From assembly GCA_964534225.1 (NCBI GenBank), contig CAZHNW010000003.1, forward strand, positions 27,224 through 91,223: a stretch of 64,000 bases of DNA, in the 5' to 3' direction. Shown here in pieces: positions 27,824-37,452 of the stretch (positions within the stretch are counted from its first letter, which is position 1; each line of letters begins with the position of its first letter). The position numbers and the translations under genes were made by a program. Source of the DNA: an uncultured Leptospirales bacterium. GTDB taxonomy: Bacteria > Spirochaetota > UBA4802 > UBA5550. Under the pieces are notes generated by a model that worked only from the letters and a program-made list of their open reading frames with translations, was not told where the DNA came from and ran no database searches.

Positions 27824-27936
27824 TGTTACTCCCTGGCATTACCGGTCGTAAAGGGAACAGGCTTTTTCGTAAAAGGACGTTTCTGTGACCGGCTGCCTGA
27901 AATAGTATAAAATATTTTTTTCATGAGAGATCACGG

Positions 27937-27966
27937 TTGACATCTAATTCAACTATGCCCTATAAT
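27937..27966 (+). promoter_or_regulatory. sigma70-type promoter (distal, toward flaA)
   Basis: TTGACA-N18-TATAAT. Confidence 0.55.
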
Positions 27967-28081
27967 TGCAATGACTTTTCTATGAGAGGGCAATTCTTCT
28001 TTTTTTTCAATGTTATGTCAGATTAATGCCCGATTTATACAAAAGTTATATCATGAGTAGTTAGGCGATTCTATTAATTTC

Positions 28082-28110
28082 TTGACAAAGAACTATTTTA
28101 ATATCATAAT
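28082..28110 (+). promoter_or_regulatory. sigma70-type promoter (proximal, toward flaA)
   Basis: TTGACA-N17-CATAAT. Confidence 0.6.
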
Positions 28111-28251
28111 AAAAAATAGAATATACATCACACAATAAATACTAAATATTTTCGACTCTGGTGTCGAATGTAGTAGAAGAAAGGTGTAGATTTTTCCAGC
28201 TCTACAGTATAAATCTGATGGAAAGATCAAAGTAATAAAAGGAGTTTCTCA

Positions 28252-29025
28252 ATGAAAAGGATGGCAAAAGCTGCTTCATTATCGATCTTCATTGGACTTC
28301 TGGTCCTCTTCTTCGGTAATGTAAGCATTAATGTTCATGCACAGCCGACGGATCCGAACGCGGGTAAGCCGGCATCCGAGAAGAAGAAACAGGATGGTCT
28401 TGTCGTTGACTGGCTCAACGATTTCGAAGCCTGTGAAGACTGGAGGGCCATGTCGACATGCCCCCTGGGAGATACGAAGATTCGCAAGGTTCCCGGTAAA
28501 CCGAGACCTGTTAACCCGGAAGGCAAATTCGTCAACGAAGATGGTCAACCCGGTGAGTTTAAAAACGAAATTACCGATGAAAACGGTATTTCTCATAAGA
28601 ATGAATTTGTTCTCGGGGTAAAAACATATTTTCTCGATCGCGGTTTTGATCGGGTGGAAGTTTTCCCCCCCAACGAATATATTATTCGCGGTAAGGCCCG
28701 TGAACTGAAGGTATGGGTTCTTGGCCGCAAGTTCAGGCATACCCTTTACGTGAAACTCCGAGATTACAGGGGACATGTTCATAAACTTAAGGTGGGCCGT
28801 CTCGATTTCTGGGGCTGGAAGGAAATGTCTATGATTATACCCGGCTGGCTGCCACAGTCGGCGAGCTATGCCATCCTTGATAAGAATCTGCATTTTGTGT
28901 CATTCTTTGTTGAAAGTGACCGATTTGAAGTGCCCGGTACCTTTTACTTCTATCTTGATCAGTTCAGAATTATTACTGACCTGTCAGAGTTTACCGGTGA
29001 TTCAACAATTAAGGATACCTGGTAA
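28252..29025 (+). CDS. flaA: flagellar filament sheath protein FlaA (FlaA2-like)
   Basis: DFEACEDW, LGVKTYF, GKARELKVWVLGR, LRDYRG..H.LKVGRLDFWGWKEM, YFYLDQ. Confidence 0.88.
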   Translation: MKRMAKAASLSIFIGLLVLFFGNVSINVHAQPTDPNAGKPASEKKKQDGLVVDWLNDFEACEDWRAMSTCPLGDTKIRKVPGKPRPVNPEGKFVNEDGQPGEFKNEITDENGISHKNEFVLGVKTYFLDRGFDRVEVFPPNEYIIRGKARELKVWVLGRKFRHTLYVKLRDYRGHVHKLKVGRLDFWGWKEMSMIIPGWLPQSASYAILDKNLHFVSFFVESDRFEVPGTFYFYLDQFRIITDLSEFTGDSTIKDTW

Positions 29026-29056
29026 AATTGCGGTATGAAAAGAATGGAGGCTTAGA

Positions 29057-29968
29057 ATGAACGTATATAAACGATCAGTATCCATAGCATTAACGATTGT
29101 CGCCGTTTTCTCTTTCGGATTGTTGACATCAAAAAATGCTGATTCAAAAATTGCTACTAATGTTGAAGCTGACATCAGCGGTGAAGCTCTCAAGGCCGTT
29201 GTGGTTGAAGATTTTGAAAAAGGGGCCATTGCCGGGTCAATTGCTGATGATGGATGGTTTGTTAAATCGACCCCGAAAAAATATACCAGTGCAGAAACTG
29301 AGAAAAAGCTGAAGCGGAAGAATCCCGTCCCCGTGCTTGACTTGAAGTTTCTCGCCGGTGGCCCCAATGACATGCAGGTTGAAGAATGGTCTCTTACCGA
29401 CATGGGTAAGAAAAAGGAGAAGATACTCGGTGTTCGTTTCAAGTTTCGTTATCCCGGGCATAACTCCGTTCACATTCTTCCTCCCCTGGAAGTTGACTGG
29501 AAGTCAAAGAAGCCGGTAAAAAGGTACAATCCCAATACCCGTAAGGACGAGCAGGAAAGGGGAATTCAGCTTCCCGGTAAGGCAAAGGCCCTTTCAATCT
29601 GGGTCCATGGCCGCGGCAATCCCTACAATCTGGAAATATGGGTAAAGGATTATCGTGGAGATACTCACATCCTTAAGTTCGGTTCAGTGAACTTTGTCGG
29701 ATGGAGACCCATGAAAGCCTATGTACCGATCAGTGTACCTCAGTCATACGAGAGTTTTCCCCAGACCCGGGTGACAAAGGTTGTACGCCTGGTACTGAGG
29801 TCCCAGATTCAGCGTCATGCCGAAGAGCTTACGGAGAATACATACTTTTTCTTTGATCAGCTGAAGGTTCTGACAGATACCTATGAAGTAAACTTTGATG
29901 GCTCTGACCTGCACAAGGCATTTGATAAAGAAGGATCAGGTGGCGGTACAAAGACTAATACTCAATAG
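29057..29968 (+). CDS. flaA: flagellar filament sheath protein FlaA (FlaA1-like)
   Basis: LGVRFKF, PGKAKALSIWVHGRG, KDYRG..HILKFGSVNFVGWRPM, YFFFDQLK. Confidence 0.9.
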   Translation: MNVYKRSVSIALTIVAVFSFGLLTSKNADSKIATNVEADISGEALKAVVVEDFEKGAIAGSIADDGWFVKSTPKKYTSAETEKKLKRKNPVPVLDLKFLAGGPNDMQVEEWSLTDMGKKKEKILGVRFKFRYPGHNSVHILPPLEVDWKSKKPVKRYNPNTRKDEQERGIQLPGKAKALSIWVHGRGNPYNLEIWVKDYRGDTHILKFGSVNFVGWRPMKAYVPISVPQSYESFPQTRVTKVVRLVLRSQIQRHAEELTENTYFFFDQLKVLTDTYEVNFDGSDLHKAFDKEGSGGGTKTNTQ

Positions 29969-30218
29969 TGTGGGACAGAATAGCGTAACAAAGTAAGTAT
30001 TTTTATTACTAACATTCTGTATAGACATTCGTAGATTTATAGTGAATATGCGGAAATACCCATCGGTATAAGATGGGTATTTTCTGTTTTTTTCAGATGG
30101 AAAATTTGCCCCATTTATATGCAAATTTATATAAAATGGAGTCTTTTCTATAACCTGCCGGCAGGCAGAATTTCCTTTTGATGAGCTTTAACGCAGAAGG
30201 GTAATAACAGGTGATATC

Positions 30219-32921
30219 ATGGAAAATGCATTAACAAGACTGGAATCCCTTTTCAAGGAAGAACAATGGGGACGTATAGAGCCTAAGGATATTGGTATTT
30301 CAAAATTCAAGATTCTCGATGACCTTTTCAACGCAACTGTTGCGGAAGGAAAAATTGAAGAAGTACGGACCAACTGCCGTAATCAGCTTGAATCGAATTC
30401 AGAATCAATTACAGGGATATATCTTCTGGGCCTCATCGGATATCATATTGATTCTATTGAAGATTCAGTACAGTTGAGGAAACTTATAGATATCTTTACC
30501 TCTTCACAAAAATGGGCGGTTGTTGAAATTATTGCAGAAAAGATACTGGAATATACAGAGAACAGTATAGCCCTTCGAGCCCTCGCAGTGAGCCTCGAAA
30601 GACTGGGAAGAGGAAAAGAAGCTGTTCCTGTTCTCGAGGATCTGTTGAAGATCGATCGCTTTGATACAGAGGTGGCGAAAAAACTTGCCTATAAGCTTAT
30701 CGAGGAAGAAAGGGAAAAGAGTATCTATTATCTCAAACTTTCTATTGAGGGCTTTATTAAGGCCAGGGATCTTGACGAGGTCGTGACACTCTGGAACAAG
30801 CTTGTCTCCATAACCAGTATCGATGAGATGGATGTGAATTTTTTTGAAAGGGTAGAAAGAATGCTTGTTGATTTAAAGCATAATGAACTGGCGGCTACCC
30901 TTCTAAAAACGCTTTTTAATAAGTTCAGGGACGAGGAACATCCAGATTATTCCATAGAACTTTTGAAAAAAATTCTAAAATACAGGCCCGATGATAACCA
31001 GGCGCGGCGGGACCTGATAAAGTTTTATGAGGCAAAATACGGGAACCACAGCCAGTTTGAACAATTCATGAAACTGGCGAAGCTGGGTAATTTCAAGACT
31101 CCGGTAAAATTTGCCATACAGGATTTTGAAAAGAATATTGTATTTGATAAGGATAATTATGCTTTTCACAATTCCTGGAAGCTGGGGAAAATCGTGGATA
31201 TCGACAGTGAATCGATAATTATTAATTTCAGAGACAAAGAGAACCACCGTATGTCCATACAGATGGCTCTTCAGTCGCTGACTCCGGTGAGCAAGGATCA
31301 TATTTACGTGATGCAGTATGAAGACCCTGAGATGGTAAAGTCAATTTTTAAAGAAGACTTTCTCCAGTTTTTTGAAATTCTTATCAAATCATATGGCAAC
31401 AAGATACTTCTTGCTGATATAAAAAGGGAATTGATTCCTGAATATGTTGAGGAAAAAAGCTGGGGCAAATGGTGGACTCGGGCGCGGACGCAGATTAAGA
31501 AAAGCCCTCTTTTCGGTGTTTCTGAAAAGAAGAAAGACCTCTTTTTTATGCGTGATAATCCCGTTACCTACGTGGATGAACTGCTGGATAAATTTACACG
31601 GACCAAATCTTTCGGAGAGCGTCTTGATATTTCTATTGAATTCAGCAATAATATTGATGAAAAGGAAGGAGCCAGTGTCGTTCAGTTCTTTGTGGATTAC
31701 TTTCTTGATGAGATGAAAGGGAATTCTGAAACGCGAAAAATTCTTTCATATTTTATATTGAAAGATATGACCCGTTTTATTGATCCGGCAAAGTTAAAAC
31801 TCGATACCCAGTACGATAAAATTCAGGAGTTCCTTAAGACAAGTACAGAAATTCCCATTATTTCCAAGAAGATTTCTTCCTATGATTACAAGAAAGACCT
31901 GGTGAATCTGGTTCGAGAATCGCGTGATGACTGGCCCTATATTGTTTCAGAGCTGCTTTTTGAAACACCCGTCAGGATTCACAAGTATATTATCAATTCA
32001 TTGATACGGGCTCATGAATATAATGTGATAAATAATTTTATCGATCGGGTTATTACCGGCATGAAACAGTATCCAGAAATATTTTTCTGGGTGGCAAAGA
32101 ATCTGATTAATCATACCTGGGATTATGAATGGCTCGATTATTCACTGAAACAGCTGGTGTTAACTTTTTTCAGGCTTCTCAATGAATTGAAAAAGATCGA
32201 AACAGACAGTAACAGGCTGAAAAACGCAGCCCTTGAATTGCTTTTTGATAACGAAATCCAGATACTTAAAGAATTAGTTAATGAGTTTGATCAGGCATTT
32301 CTGGGAAGGATTTATGATGTTTTCAGTAATATTTCCTATGCTGAAGAAGGTGATGTTGAAAAATTTCTCGGTTTAATCAAGGAAAAATATCCTGACTTCA
32401 AAACAGAAAATGTCGGTGACGAAGAGGAGTGGTCCTTTGGTGAAGAAGAACTGATTGTCACCCAGGCGGGATATGACAAGAAAAAGGCTGAACTCGATGC
32501 CATGGTCAATTCTGAAATGGTTACCATTTCAAAAGAACTTTCAAAGGTTTCAGAGGCAACAGGAGACATGCGCGAGAATGTTGAGTATACTGCCCTCCTT
32601 GAGAAACAGGGGATTCTTGAAATGGCCATATCAAAACTTGATCGGGAGATGAAGAAGGCCAAAATTCTTGATCCTGATACGGTAAATACTGATGTTGCAT
32701 CAGTTGGTACAGTTGTTGTTTTTTCCGATAAAAAAACAGGCTCCAGTAGAAGTTATACCATACTTGGTCCCTGGGATGCTGATTTTGAAAAGAATATTCT
32801 TTCATACCGGTCTCCCATTGCGCGGTCCATACTGGGCAAAAAGGTCGGTGAAGAATTTACCATGAAAATCGACGATCGCCTCATGGCCTTTGTCGTGGAT
32901 AAAATCAGTAAGTTTTCATGA
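30219..32921 (+). CDS. greA: transcription elongation factor GreA, long spirochaete form with helical N-terminal extension
   Basis: C-terminal GDMRENVEY acidic tip, YTILGPWDAD, ILSYRSPIARSILGKKVGE; 900 aa. Confidence 0.93.
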   Translation: MENALTRLESLFKEEQWGRIEPKDIGISKFKILDDLFNATVAEGKIEEVRTNCRNQLESNSESITGIYLLGLIGYHIDSIEDSVQLRKLIDIFTSSQKWAVVEIIAEKILEYTENSIALRALAVSLERLGRGKEAVPVLEDLLKIDRFDTEVAKKLAYKLIEEEREKSIYYLKLSIEGFIKARDLDEVVTLWNKLVSITSIDEMDVNFFERVERMLVDLKHNELAATLLKTLFNKFRDEEHPDYSIELLKKILKYRPDDNQARRDLIKFYEAKYGNHSQFEQFMKLAKLGNFKTPVKFAIQDFEKNIVFDKDNYAFHNSWKLGKIVDIDSESIIINFRDKENHRMSIQMALQSLTPVSKDHIYVMQYEDPEMVKSIFKEDFLQFFEILIKSYGNKILLADIKRELIPEYVEEKSWGKWWTRARTQIKKSPLFGVSEKKKDLFFMRDNPVTYVDELLDKFTRTKSFGERLDISIEFSNNIDEKEGASVVQFFVDYFLDEMKGNSETRKILSYFILKDMTRFIDPAKLKLDTQYDKIQEFLKTSTEIPIISKKISSYDYKKDLVNLVRESRDDWPYIVSELLFETPVRIHKYIINSLIRAHEYNVINNFIDRVITGMKQYPEIFFWVAKNLINHTWDYEWLDYSLKQLVLTFFRLLNELKKIETDSNRLKNAALELLFDNEIQILKELVNEFDQAFLGRIYDVFSNISYAEEGDVEKFLGLIKEKYPDFKTENVGDEEEWSFGEEELIVTQAGYDKKKAELDAMVNSEMVTISKELSKVSEATGDMRENVEYTALLEKQGILEMAISKLDREMKKAKILDPDTVNTDVASVGTVVVFSDKKTGSSRSYTILGPWDADFEKNILSYRSPIARSILGKKVGEEFTMKIDDRLMAFVVDKISKFS

Positions 32922-33036
32922 TAGACAATTCGGCTCCTTTGGAATTTATACAGGGGGAGTCCTTTTTAACTTCCCCTGAAAATAATATTTGACAAATATA
33001 CACTTCAATTTATATGGATAGCATATTGTTGAACTT

Positions 33037-33120
33037 GCCGCGATGGTGGAATTGGTAGACACGCTAGGTTCAGGGTCTAGTGGGCGTACGCCTGTGAGGG
33101 TTCAAATCCCTCTCGCGGCA
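33037..33120 (+). tRNA. tRNA-Leu (anticodon CAG)
   Basis: Acceptor stem GCCGCGA/TCGCGGC, D loop GGAATTGGTAGAC, anticodon arm CTAGG-TTCAGGG-TCTAG, long variable arm, T arm GAGGG-TTCAAAT-CCCTC; CCA not encoded. Confidence 0.96.
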
Positions 33121-33396
33121 CAGAACTCTCCTTTGATTAAATTCTGTTTTTTTAGATTATGGGATATGATAAATTCCTGGCAGAGATTATCAATCCAGTC
33201 TGGGTCGATTATCCTTCTTTTTTATTAAGCTTAATTTTAACTGCGCTGGTTTTTTTTTCTCTCTCTCTCTCTTGACTCCTTCATTTATGTTTCATTTAAG
33301 TGAAAATATTCGTCTGCTTTCTGGCAAATTACCATTAATTTACCCGGTTTTTTCCTCTGAATATTGTATTAACCTGTCAGGTGACATAAAAAATAT

Positions 33397-33423
33397 TAAA
33401 AATTTTTTTTAAAATACCGATTC
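33397..33423 (+). promoter_or_regulatory. candidate sigma28 (FliA)-type promoter
   Basis: TAAA-N15-ACCGATTC versus consensus TAAA-N15-GCCGATAA. Confidence 0.4.
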
Positions 33424-33466
33424 TATCAATAACAAGGTTACTATGTCATATTTCAGGAGGGATGAA

Positions 33467-33892
33467 ATGCGAGACATGAGCAATGGGGCCGATATTCACC
33501 ATCGTGAAGAGGACAATGTTATTCGCGCCATAAAGGAAAAAGCGGCTATGATAACAGGTGGAGACAGGTCTGAACCTGTTTACCTGAAAAATGTCTCTGT
33601 CATTGACGGTACATCTTCCCCCCAGGGCGATTCAATCGTGTGTACCGTTAACAGTATTTTTTGTGACTCCAGGGGCGTTCTCTGTGCAGACCTCGTGGGA
33701 GAAACTAATCCCTTTAACACGGGGATTATGTTCGGGCAGAGTATTGAAGATCTCGCCCTTGATGACCTGAAGAATATTCTTGATGCCCTGAACGACGAGA
33801 ACTGGTCAGTAATCCTGAATAATGGAATCGAAGGCAGAAAAAGTGGACGCAGAGCATTTCAGCGTCTCATGAAAAAAGATAAATCAGCATGA
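33467..33892 (+). CDS. hypothetical protein
   Basis: ORF 33443-33892; in-frame ATG 33467 has GGAGG at 6 nt spacing. Confidence 0.65.
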   Translation: MRDMSNGADIHHREEDNVIRAIKEKAAMITGGDRSEPVYLKNVSVIDGTSSPQGDSIVCTVNSIFCDSRGVLCADLVGETNPFNTGIMFGQSIEDLALDDLKNILDALNDENWSVILNNGIEGRKSGRRAFQRLMKKDKSA

Positions 33893-34275
33893 CGGGAACA
33901 ATGATGTTTGAAACAGAAAAATCCTTCGAAGCCCTCAATGATATGGTTGTTCTTCTTGAGTCATCCCTCTATGATATACAGGTCATGGTGGCACAGACAG
34001 TCATGGCCCTGATGGAAGTAATGGAGAAGACAACAGTTGATATTAATGCTGCTGTTCCCATGATAATTGAGGGGAAAAGCAGCATGGTTGAATTGATAGA
34101 ATTATTTTTCGATGAAGAGGAAGATATCTACAAGGTAGCCGGGGAAGGCGGTCATCTTTTTTTATGGAATGACCTGGATATATCAGTACAGTTTGAGATC
34201 GTTCTCCAGGTTCACCAGAGGTATGTTTCAGAATACCAGATACATCGAACAGGCAGTGAAGAGGAAATTCACTAA
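33889..34275 (+). CDS. hypothetical acidic protein
   Basis: 128-aa ORF with ATGA overlap with the upstream gene. Confidence 0.65.
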   Translation: MTGTMMFETEKSFEALNDMVVLLESSLYDIQVMVAQTVMALMEVMEKTTVDINAAVPMIIEGKSSMVELIELFFDEEEDIYKVAGEGGHLFLWNDLDISVQFEIVLQVHQRYVSEYQIHRTGSEEEIH

Positions 34276-34279
34276 AGAC

Positions 34280-34816
34280 TCATTCGTTGATTTTTTTTTG
34301 AAATTCGATTTCTTCTGTAATTATTGAAACTGCTTTTTTTATTTCTGCATCAGGCATTTTGCCGTGATAGATATAGAGTATCCTGCCCTTACTGTTGATA
34401 ATTAAAAATACGGACTTGTCGTTACAGTTGCCAAGGCCCCAGGCGTCTCTTAAAATATAGCTGGGGTCGGTAAGAATGGTGACGTTGTATTTTTTTTCCT
34501 TGCGTCTTGCGATAAGGCGTATGATGGGATCAGGTTTCCACGGAGCGTCTTTCAGATTACCGATACCGATTGGTCGGTAGTAGTGGCGGGGAAGTTTTAA
34601 TTTTTTCAGTATGCGGGCAACATGATCGTTCTGGTCAGCCACGTCTGCATCATTGTAGAAAATCACCAGTACTTTCTGTCCGAAATCGGGAAGATAGGCG
34701 GGGATATCACGAGTGTCCCTGATGCGGATGTTTTTAACAATGTCATCGACCCGAAGGGCCTGAAGGGAACTGGCAGACATTAACACTGCGATTGTCAGGA
34801 GAATGATTTTTTTCAT
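34280..34816 (-). CDS. YtfJ-like exported thioredoxin-fold protein
   Basis: Signal peptide; IGNLKDAPW, ILTDP..LRDAWGL, IINSKGRILY resemble YtfJ. Confidence 0.6.
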   Translation of the reverse strand: MKKIILLTIAVLMSASSLQALRVDDIVKNIRIRDTRDIPAYLPDFGQKVLVIFYNDADVADQNDHVARILKKLKLPRHYYRPIGIGNLKDAPWKPDPIIRLIARRKEKKYNVTILTDPSYILRDAWGLGNCNDKSVFLIINSKGRILYIYHGKMPDAEIKKAVSIITEEIEFQKKINE

Positions 34817-34896
34817 ACGTGCCTGTTTTTAGTGGTTTATTTATCAACAGTATATGCGTTTTCCCTGCTCTGTCAAGGAAGAGACAGGACAGAGGG

Positions 34897-35655
34897 CTAA
34901 TGGGAAAGGGTTTCCCATTTCAGGTATGAACCATCCATTACGGGGCCGTCAATGCAGGCCCGTTTAAAACCATCATCTGTCTCGACTGTACAGCCCGCAC
35001 AGAGGCCTATGCCACATCCGAAATAATTTTCCAGGGAGACTTCGAGGGGAATCCTCCCTTCACAGAGTCCGGCCACTCCTGCCATCATGGGGGTGGGGCC
35101 GCATGTGTAAACCATGTTGTATGATGATTCTTTAAGCATTTCCTGCATCAGTTCAGTAATAAACCCCCTGTGTCCTGTTGAGCCGTCATCAGTGGCTACT
35201 TTGAAGATATCAGCAGTGGTGCCGAAATTTTTCGCACAGTAAATATATTTTTTTGCCCGCGCACCATAGAGACAGGTAACGGAAACACCCCGGTCCTTAA
35301 GGGCCCGGGCAAGGTAGTAAAGGGGGGCGTTGCCCACGCCGCCACCTACAAGAAGGGCGGAACCCTTTTCAAGAAGGGTAAATCCCTTTCCCAGGGGGCC
35401 AAGAATGTCGATGGGACCCTTTTCCCTGCCGGCAAGAAGGGTGGTTCCGCGGCCTACGACCTGGATGATGATTTCAAGAATTTCTTCATTTTGATTAAAA
35501 ATGGAGAAGGGACGCCGAACAAGGGGGTCTGTGCTGTCTGAAATTCTTATATTGATAAACTGTCCCGGGAGGGCATGCAGCTTTTTATCCAATTTTATGC
35601 GCAGAAGGTAGTGGTCTTCAGCAACCTTCAGGGGGCTTTCAATCAGTTCTGCCAT
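34897..35655 (-). CDS. pyrK: dihydroorotate dehydrogenase electron-transfer subunit
   Basis: PGQF, RRPFSI, GPLGKGF, GGGVGNAP, CGPTPM, CGIGLCAGC, CIDGPV. Confidence 0.9.
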   Translation of the reverse strand: MAELIESPLKVAEDHYLLRIKLDKKLHALPGQFINIRISDSTDPLVRRPFSIFNQNEEILEIIIQVVGRGTTLLAGREKGPIDILGPLGKGFTLLEKGSALLVGGGVGNAPLYYLARALKDRGVSVTCLYGARAKKYIYCAKNFGTTADIFKVATDDGSTGHRGFITELMQEMLKESSYNMVYTCGPTPMMAGVAGLCEGRIPLEVSLENYFGCGIGLCAGCTVETDDGFKRACIDGPVMDGSYLKWETLSH

Positions 35656-35656
35656 G

Positions 35657-36238
35657 TTACATTCCTGTGGGAGGGATTTTGAGTTTTATTACACGTAATT
35701 TACTATAGCGCGGGCCTTCAGGAGTCAAGTCGGATTTGTAGAGAATCACCCTGTCAAAGACTCCACAGCCAAAGGATTTCTCCTCCATTTCTTTCAGGTA
35801 GAATGAAATTTTGGGAGTGACGGAGCGTCCCCGGCGAAGACGTCCCAGGGTGATATGAGGTCTGAAGGCGCGCCTGTCGCGGGCAAACCCGAGGGAGGTG
35901 GTACAGGTCTCAATTTTTTCATGGAGACGGCTCAGAGCCTCATGGTCAACATTGATGCCGCACCAGAATACAGAGGGGTTTCGGGGGGAAGGAAATGCAC
36001 CGCAACCTGCCGCCTCGAAGGGAATCGCCGGTGTGCCGGTAAGGGCTGCGGGCAGTTTTTCCATGATGATATTCATTGTTTCCTCGTCAGTGTCGCCGAG
36101 AAATTTGAGAGTTAAATGAAGGTTTTCTGGTGAGACAGTCTTGACTGCTCCTGTCTCGTTCCGTAATTTTTCGACAGGTTCTTTAAGGCCACTGATGATT
36201 TCTTTTGAAAGGGGAAGTGCAATAAAAAGGCGGTGCAT
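35657..36238 (-). CDS. thpR: RNA 2',3'-cyclic phosphodiesterase
   Basis: RLFIA, HLTL and HITL 2H motifs, SDL...GPRY. Confidence 0.93.
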   Translation of the reverse strand: MHRLFIALPLSKEIISGLKEPVEKLRNETGAVKTVSPENLHLTLKFLGDTDEETMNIIMEKLPAALTGTPAIPFEAAGCGAFPSPRNPSVFWCGINVDHEALSRLHEKIETCTTSLGFARDRRAFRPHITLGRLRRGRSVTPKISFYLKEMEEKSFGCGVFDRVILYKSDLTPEGPRYSKLRVIKLKIPPTGM

Positions 36239-36254
36239 CTCTTTGTTGCACTTT

Positions 36255-36533
36255 CTATTCGATTATTTTGGGTACGACAAAGTGGCCGTTTTCAAAGGAG
36301 GGGGCATTTTTTTCGATATCCTCTCTGTTGAGGGAAGTGCAGACCCTGTCCTCTCTAAAAATATTTTTTATGTCGGTGATATGGTCGGCAGGGGCGACGC
36401 TGGCGGTGTCGAGCTCCTTGATTTTTTCCACGTATTCGATAATATCCGTCAGCTGCCGTGTATATTCAGTCTTTTCCTCTTCAGAGAGCTCAAGCCGGGC
36501 AAGGCGGGCGACTTTTTCAATTTCGATTTTCAT
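36255..36533 (-). CDS. gatC: Asp/Glu-tRNA amidotransferase subunit C
   Basis: VARLARLEL, FRED, NAP...GHFVVPKI. Confidence 0.93.
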   Translation of the reverse strand: MKIEIEKVARLARLELSEEEKTEYTRQLTDIIEYVEKIKELDTASVAPADHITDIKNIFREDRVCTSLNREDIEKNAPSFENGHFVVPKIIE

Positions 36534-37240
36534 GGATTTTCCTCTTTCCGGGCCTTTTTTTCGATAAAGTGTCTTCCCCGTGTTCTATACTCAAATCTTC
36601 TAATTCTGAAGGCAATCACTTTTTTTTTCTTGAGAAAGGCAAGGTGAAAATTAAGGGAGTAATTTCTCACTCGTGCCGGGGGTTTTTCAAAGGCCATGAT
36701 AACAGCAGCGGTATCTCCCGGGGGAATGAAGGAGAGCCGGTAGGGTATGGACTTGTGCCTGAAATCAAAAGAATCGATTTTTTTGATTTTGCCAAGAAGC
36801 CGCCGCGTGCGGAGAATTTCATCGAAATTAAATACCCTGTAAAGGAGTGACCTGTAGCGGGCAAGGATTTCGCCCGCTGAGAGGTTTTTTGACTTCCCCC
36901 CCCTGTAGATGAGTACACCCTTTTCAAGGGTTACGGGATTACTCCAGGTATTCTTGACTGAAACGAGAAAAAAGAGGAGTTTGGGGACCCGGTAGCTTCT
37001 GTATTTTTTCCTGGTACCTTTAAAGGCGGGGTTTTCCAGAATTTCTTCCCAGTGATGATCCTTTACCTGGCGGAGAGAGATATCGCAGTAAAGGCTCCTG
37101 ATGGTGGCTTTCCCCTCTTTTGAGATAGAAATCGTTAGTGACTCCGTAGGGCTGTCCCGCCGTTCGATGCCGTATTTTTTTCCGCAGCCTGTGCAGATAA
37201 GGGCGGTAATAATGATGTAGAGCAGGGTGACGGTTCTCAT
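36530..37240 (-). CDS. hypothetical lipoprotein
   Basis: Lipobox ICTGC; overlaps both neighbours by 4 nt. Confidence 0.65.
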   Translation of the reverse strand: MRTVTLLYIIITALICTGCGKKYGIERRDSPTESLTISISKEGKATIRSLYCDISLRQVKDHHWEEILENPAFKGTRKKYRSYRVPKLLFFLVSVKNTWSNPVTLEKGVLIYRGGKSKNLSAGEILARYRSLLYRVFNFDEILRTRRLLGKIKKIDSFDFRHKSIPYRLSFIPPGDTAAVIMAFEKPPARVRNYSLNFHLAFLKKKKVIAFRIRRFEYRTRGRHFIEKKARKEENP

Positions 37241-37443
37241 GAGAGGTAACCCCTTTCTGCGAGGAGGTCTTCTGTTTTCTGGCTGCCATAAATGAGTCCC
37301 AGTTCATGGGTGAGCTGTCTAAGTATGACAGGGACAGGCTCTATCTTCAGGTGGCTGTAATCGGTAATTCTGCTGAGGCTGGCGGCGATACGGGATATGA
37401 TGGCGCCGATACCAGGGTGGCTGATTTTCAGGGTCAGTATCAT
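37237..37443 (-). CDS. small hypothetical protein (68 aa)
   Basis: GGAG RBS; fills the gap in the operon with coupled ends. Confidence 0.55.
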   Translation of the reverse strand: MILTLKISHPGIGAIISRIAASLSRITDYSHLKIEPVPVILRQLTHELGLIYGSQKTEDLLAERGYLS

Positions 37444-37452
37444 GACTCCATC

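Noticed and set aside
27824-27936. Known SAM-I, SAH, THF or ZTP riboswitch upstream of metF
   Set aside because: None of the conserved cores are visible on the minus strand; kept only as an unclassified structure.
33043-33228. 61-aa ORF MVELVDTLGSGSSGRT...
   Set aside because: It is the tRNA-Leu sequence read as protein.
33250-33272. T9(CT)7 microsatellite
   Set aside because: Low-complexity pyrimidine tract far from any start codon or evident promoter spacer; no function supportable.
33037-34275. Genomic island integrated at tRNA-Leu
   Set aside because: No integrase or transposase, and I saw no duplicated tRNA 3' end (att site) downstream.
34897-36533. pyrK without pyrD and gatC without gatAB
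   Set aside because: Both look intact, and scattered housekeeping operons are common in spirochaetes; partners are probably elsewhere.
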